From Verrucomicrobiota bacterium (GTDB lineage: Bacteria > Verrucomicrobiota > Verrucomicrobiia > Limisphaerales > CANJXF01), in assembly GCA_038214755.1 (NCBI GenBank), contig JBBQRQ010000066.1, forward strand, positions 1 to 28,240: a stretch of 28,240 bases of DNA, given 5' to 3'. The position numbers and the translations under genes were made by a program. The notes beneath the pieces are model-generated. The model did not search any database and was not told where the DNA came from. It saw only the letters and a program-made list of their open reading frames with translations. Positions 24,526 to 28,240 of this stretch are shown here, one piece after another (position 1 is the first letter of the stretch; each line of letters starts with the position of its first letter).

Positions 24526-25281
24526 ATGAATGAATTGGATCCAGAACATCATCCGCTGGCGCAACCTGACGCCGGAAGCCAAACTCCGCCTGCGTTGGGA
24601 AGCGATCCCGTCGGACGTGGCGCAGAGCATGGCGTTCGAGGGGGAACCGGTGCCGCTGGAGACGATTCGCGCGACACTCGACCGGATCGAGCCACCCGCT
24701 TTGTTGAAACGACGCACGGAATTCTCAGCTACGCGCAGTTAGCTCCGCTGCTGGCGGAACGGGTTGCCGCTGCTGAAACGGAAATCTACCGGGAATTTTT
24801 CAGCGCTCGTCCACTGGATGAATCGCTCTTGCTGGACCTTCACGCTCGCATCTGCGGCGACCTGGTGCCGGAGTGGGCTGGGCGCTGGCGTTGCATCGAG
24901 GTCGCGGTCGGGAAGCTTCAACCGCCGCCCGCTCACAACGTAGCGGGACACATGCGGGACTATGCGCTCGATCTTCAAACCCGATGGCAAGAGGCTTCGC
25001 AAATGGTTTCGGACCTGACGCTGGAGTTTTTGAGCTATGCGGAAGGGCGGTTCCTTTCGATTCATCCTTTCCAGGATTTTAATGGGCGCACAATTCGTCT
25101 CTTTCTGCTGGAATTGCTCCGTCGTCTTGATCTGCCGCGCGTGGTTCTGGCGGTCGAATCCGCCGCAGAACGGGCGGATTATTTCGCCGCGCTGGAATCC
25201 GCCGATCAACGCGACTTTCGTCCGTTAATGGAAATCTGGCGGCAGAGATTCACGGGAAGCAAACCGAGCCAGCCCGGATGA
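24526..25281 (+). CDS. Fic/Doc family protein
   Basis: LH.RI.GDL..EWAGRWR and Fic motif variant HPFQDFNGRTIR; the only ATG upstream of the domain is 24526; stop overlaps the cas4 ATG. Confidence 0.85.
   Translation: MNELDPEHHPLAQPDAGSQTPPALGSDPVGRGAEHGVRGGTGAAGDDSRDTRPDRATRFVETTHGILSYAQLAPLLAERVAAAETEIYREFFSARPLDESLLLDLHARICGDLVPEWAGRWRCIEVAVGKLQPPPAHNVAGHMRDYALDLQTRWQEASQMVSDLTLEFLSYAEGRFLSIHPFQDFNGRTIRLFLLELLRRLDLPRVVLAVESAAERADYFAALESADQRDFRPLMEIWRQRFTGSKPSQPG
24530..24742 (+). CDS. Putative Fic antitoxin (VbhA/FicA-like), nested out of frame in the Fic ORF
   Basis: 70 aa with SMAFEG matching the inhibitory (S/T)xxxE(G/N) motif. Confidence 0.65.
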   Translation: MNWIQNIIRWRNLTPEAKLRLRWEAIPSDVAQSMAFEGEPVPLETIRATLDRIEPPALLKRRTEFSATRS

Positions 25282-25931
25282 GCATGGAAGGACTTCTTCA
25301 TCACGAAGCGGCACAGGCACCCGTCGAACTGCTGCCGCTGAGTTTGCTGAACGACTACCTTTACTGCCATCGGCGCGCGGCGTTGAAAATCGTGGAAGGC
25401 TGGCGGTCTTCCAATGAGCACACCAATCGCGGCGATGTTGTTCATGAACATGCCGATCTCGCCGGTTATGAAGTTGCGAAAGGCGTAACGTTGCTCCGTG
25501 CTTTGCCGGTCTGGTCAGAACGGCTTGGGCTGAATGGGAAATGCGACATCGTTGAGCAACGTCCGGACAGATCCCTTTTTCCCGTTGAATTCAAACTGGG
25601 CAAACGCCGCCAATGGGAGAACGACGACATCCAACTCTGCGCGCAGGCCATTTGTCTGGAAGAAATGCTCGGAGTCACCGTGCCGCACGGCGCGGTTTTT
25701 CATGCGGACAGCAAACGCCGGCGCCAAGTGGAATTTACAAAGGAACTCCGCGTGGTCACCGAAGAGACGGCGGCGCACTTGCATGAATTACTGGCGAGTG
25801 GTCATGTTCCTCCAGCGGTGTTCAAGCCTGCGTGTGAGGAATGTTCGCTTTATCAAATCTGCCTCCCCAAAGCGACGGAGAAGGAAAGTCGCGCCAGCCG
25901 CTTGAACCAAGCTCTCTTTACCACCAACTGA
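25278..25931 (+). CDS. cas4: CRISPR-associated Cas4
   Basis: YLYCHRR, GKCDIVE, PVEFK, QLCAQAICLEE, CEECSLYQIC Fe-S cysteines. Confidence 0.95.
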   Translation: MSMEGLLHHEAAQAPVELLPLSLLNDYLYCHRRAALKIVEGWRSSNEHTNRGDVVHEHADLAGYEVAKGVTLLRALPVWSERLGLNGKCDIVEQRPDRSLFPVEFKLGKRRQWENDDIQLCAQAICLEEMLGVTVPHGAVFHADSKRRRQVEFTKELRVVTEETAAHLHELLASGHVPPAVFKPACEECSLYQICLPKATEKESRASRLNQALFTTN

Positions 25932-25932
25932 C

Positions 25933-27036
25933 ATGGACAGCATCCAACAAAATACGTTGTATCTCACCACACCGGGAAGTTACGTGGGGCGAGACCACTT
26001 AACACTTCAGATTGAAGTGCCCATTTATCCTGACGATCTTCCGATAGAGGAACGCATTCGCGAGAAGGCGACTGGCCATCGCAAGCTCGCTGTCCCAATT
26101 CATCATCTCGAATCCATCTGTGTCTTTGGCGCCAGCACAATAAGTCCGCCTGCGCTTGACCTTTGCTGGGAAAATGGAGTGGCCGTGAACTATTTAAGCC
26201 TCTTCGGCCATCTTCAGGCGAGAATGACAGGGATCGCCGATACGAGTGTTACACTGCGACGAACTCATTACCGCGTGGCCGATGATCCAGTTAAATGCGC
26301 CGGAATCGTTCGGCAAATTGTGGCGGGAAAAATTCAAAACAGTCGCAACAGCCTGCTTCGCGCTGCGAGGGAAAATGGTTCGACAGAGGAGGGCGAACAG
26401 ATCAATAAAGCCACGGACGCATTGGCGCGACAAATCCATTTGTTGGCGGAAATTGAAATTTCCGATTCCAAATCTCAGATCAATGAGATTCGCGGGGCCG
26501 AAGGAATGGCGTCGGTTGTTTATTTTTCGGCCTTTTCTCTCATGTTGAAACAGCAGCGAGAAACGTTCGCGTTCACGGGGCGCAGCCGCCGTCCACCGCG
26601 CGATCGAATCAACTGTTTGCTTTCGTTCCTTTACGCATTGGTGCGACACGACTGTATTGCCGGCTTGACTGCTGCTGGACTTGATCCATTTGTCGGATTC
26701 CTTCACGTGGACCGGGCGAATCGGCCATCGCTCGCGCTCGATCTAATGGAGGAATTTCGTCCATGGCTGGCGGATCGTTTAGCGATCACGTTAATCAACC
26801 GGCAGCAGATTGGCGCGGAACACTTTCGTGAACGGGAAGGTGGTGCGGTGGAATTCAGCGATACCGGCCGCAAACTGGTCATCAAGGCGTATCAGGAGCG
26901 GAAGCAGGAAAACTTGAATCATTCGTTGCTGGATCAGAATTTGCGAATCGCGCAATTTCCATTTGTGCAGGCGCGCGTCCTTGCCCGACATTTGCGGGGT
27001 GACATCGCGGACTACATCCCATTTGTTCCAAAATAG
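25933..27036 (+). CDS. cas1: Type I-C Cas1
   Basis: NTLYLTT, RGAEG, RSRRPPRDRINCLLSFLY, GLDPFVGFLH, SLALDLMEEFRP. Confidence 0.97.
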   Translation: MDSIQQNTLYLTTPGSYVGRDHLTLQIEVPIYPDDLPIEERIREKATGHRKLAVPIHHLESICVFGASTISPPALDLCWENGVAVNYLSLFGHLQARMTGIADTSVTLRRTHYRVADDPVKCAGIVRQIVAGKIQNSRNSLLRAARENGSTEEGEQINKATDALARQIHLLAEIEISDSKSQINEIRGAEGMASVVYFSAFSLMLKQQRETFAFTGRSRRPPRDRINCLLSFLYALVRHDCIAGLTAAGLDPFVGFLHVDRANRPSLALDLMEEFRPWLADRLAITLINRQQIGAEHFREREGGAVEFSDTGRKLVIKAYQERKQENLNHSLLDQNLRIAQFPFVQARVLARHLRGDIADYIPFVPK

Positions 27037-27054
27037 AGTGTTTAACTTTCGCTT

Positions 27055-27345
27055 ATGTTGATTCTGGTCACATACGACGTATCGACCGTGGAAAAGCCCG
27101 GTGTTCGCCGCCTTCGGCGCGTGGCCCAAGCTTGCGAGGATTACGGGACGCGCGTTCAGAAAAGTGTTTTCGAATGTCAGGTCGGCCAAAAAGAATGGAT
27201 TTTATTGCGCAATCGTCTCCTCCAGGAAATCAATGCCCAGCAGGATTCATTACGCTTCTATTTTTTGGATGAGAAAGCCGTCGCCCGGACGGAGCATCAC
27301 GGGATCGCAAAACCAGTCGATCTCACTGAACCTCTCATTTTGTGA
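27055..27345 (+). CDS. cas2: Cas2
   Basis: MLILVTYDVST...RRLRRVAQAC..YGTRVQKSVFEC...DSLRFY. Confidence 0.97.
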   Translation: MLILVTYDVSTVEKPGVRRLRRVAQACEDYGTRVQKSVFECQVGQKEWILLRNRLLQEINAQQDSLRFYFLDEKAVARTEHHGIAKPVDLTEPLIL

Positions 27346-27532
27346 TTGCTATCCGCGAACCTGGAGTGCCGAGGTGTAAAGCACAGTTTCGCGAAAGAGC
27401 GATTCATCGCTGCCGCATTGAACAATTTCGATTGCTCCTTGAAATAGTAGAACTGTTATCGAATCAAGACTCGCGCGGTTCGCGAAAAAGCCCTACAAAG
27501 TTGCTGCGGTTGTGTGAATTAACGCGACCGCA
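27346..27532 (+). promoter_or_regulatory. CRISPR leader
   Basis: Between the cas2 stop and first repeat; contains GCGAACC and GGTTCGC blocks typical of type I-C leaders. Confidence 0.7.
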
Positions 27533-28212
27533 GTCGCTCCGTGATTCGTCACGGAGCGCGGATTGAAACAGTCTTGATATGAATTTTTAATTTTGTTTTT
27601 CATGTCGCTCCGTGATTCGTCACGGAGCGCGGATTGAAACCCCGACAATCAGGGAACGGACGTCCCCCTTTTTTAGTCGCTCCGTGATTCGTCACGGAGC
27701 GCGGATTGAAACTCCGACACATCACAGTCCAATTCATCGGCTAATGTCGCTCCGTGATTCGTCACGGAGCGCGGATTGAAACTCAACTGGTCACCGTTCT
27801 CAACAATCATCAACAAGTCGCTCCGTGATTCGTCACGGAGCGCGGATTGAAACACGCTTTTTTAAATCTTTGTGTCTCCGTTCGAATGTCGCTCCGTGAT
27901 TCGTCACGGAGCGCGGATTGAAACTCGTGCTTGTTGTCTCAGGATCGGTGACATGAGTGTCGCTCCGTGATTCGTCACGGAGCGCGGATTGAAACGGCTG
28001 ACTGGAGAAATCATAACTATAATTCTCTCGTCGCTCCGTGATTCGTCACGGAGCGCGGATTGAAACTGAAGATAACAGTGCGTAGTGCGAAAAAACAGGC
28101 GAGTCGCTCCGTGATTCGTCACGGAGCGCGGATTGAAACATGTTGTCCTCTTTTGCGTCGGCGAGTGCTCGGGCGTGGCGGCCGGTATTGTAACGGAGCG
28201 CGGCTTGGAAAC
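27533..28212 (+). CRISPR. CRISPR array: 37-bp repeat GTCGCTCCGTGATTCGTCACGGAGCGCGGATTGAAAC, 9 identical + 1 degenerate terminal repeat, 9 spacers (33-36 bp)
   Basis: Repeat starts at 27533, 27604, 27676, 27746, 27817, 27888, 27959, 28030, 28103; degenerate copy 28175-28212; 3' ATTGAAAC handle gives + orientation. Confidence 0.98.
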
Positions 28213-28240
28213 ACAAGGGGTTGTTATCGGCGCCCAGCGG

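Noticed and set aside
27342..28122. Short ORFs across the leader and array
   Set aside because: Translations of repeat-spacer units, not genes.

Overview
The window has two parts. Positions 1 to ~17.5 kb look like part of an integrative/mobilisable element, almost all on the minus strand. It carries two VirD4/TraD-like ATPases (one truncated at the left edge and absent from the ORF track), a Replic_Relax-type relaxase, and a leading-region-like cluster: WGR-domain ATP-dependent DNA ligase, CHC2/Toprim primase, DUF6166-like protein, and ArdC with a C-terminal SymE-like domain. Two cargo inserts are present: (i) a B12-radical SAM enzyme, a 53-aa peptide and a membrane-anchored solute-binding protein; (ii) a divergent polyprenyl synthase. 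Positions ~17.7-28.2 kb hold a complete type I-C CRISPR-Cas system (cas3-cas5-cas8c/cas11-cas7-[Fic module]-cas4-cas1-cas2) with a 37-bp repeat array (9 identical repeats plus 1 degenerate, 9 spacers). The most notable unannotated items are: a 36-aa single-TM ORF with a near-consensus promoter and a 5' hairpin that hides its Shine-Dalgarno (type I toxin-like); a Fic antitoxin ORF nested out of frame inside the Fic ORF within the cas operon; a ~128-bp structured leader duplicated in front of the primase and ligase; a 157-bp cruciform at the head of the mobilisation operon; and a cas3 5' remnant coupled to the intact cas3. All protein family calls come from motif recognition by eye; no database search was run. 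A Verrucomicrobiota-like host is a guess only.
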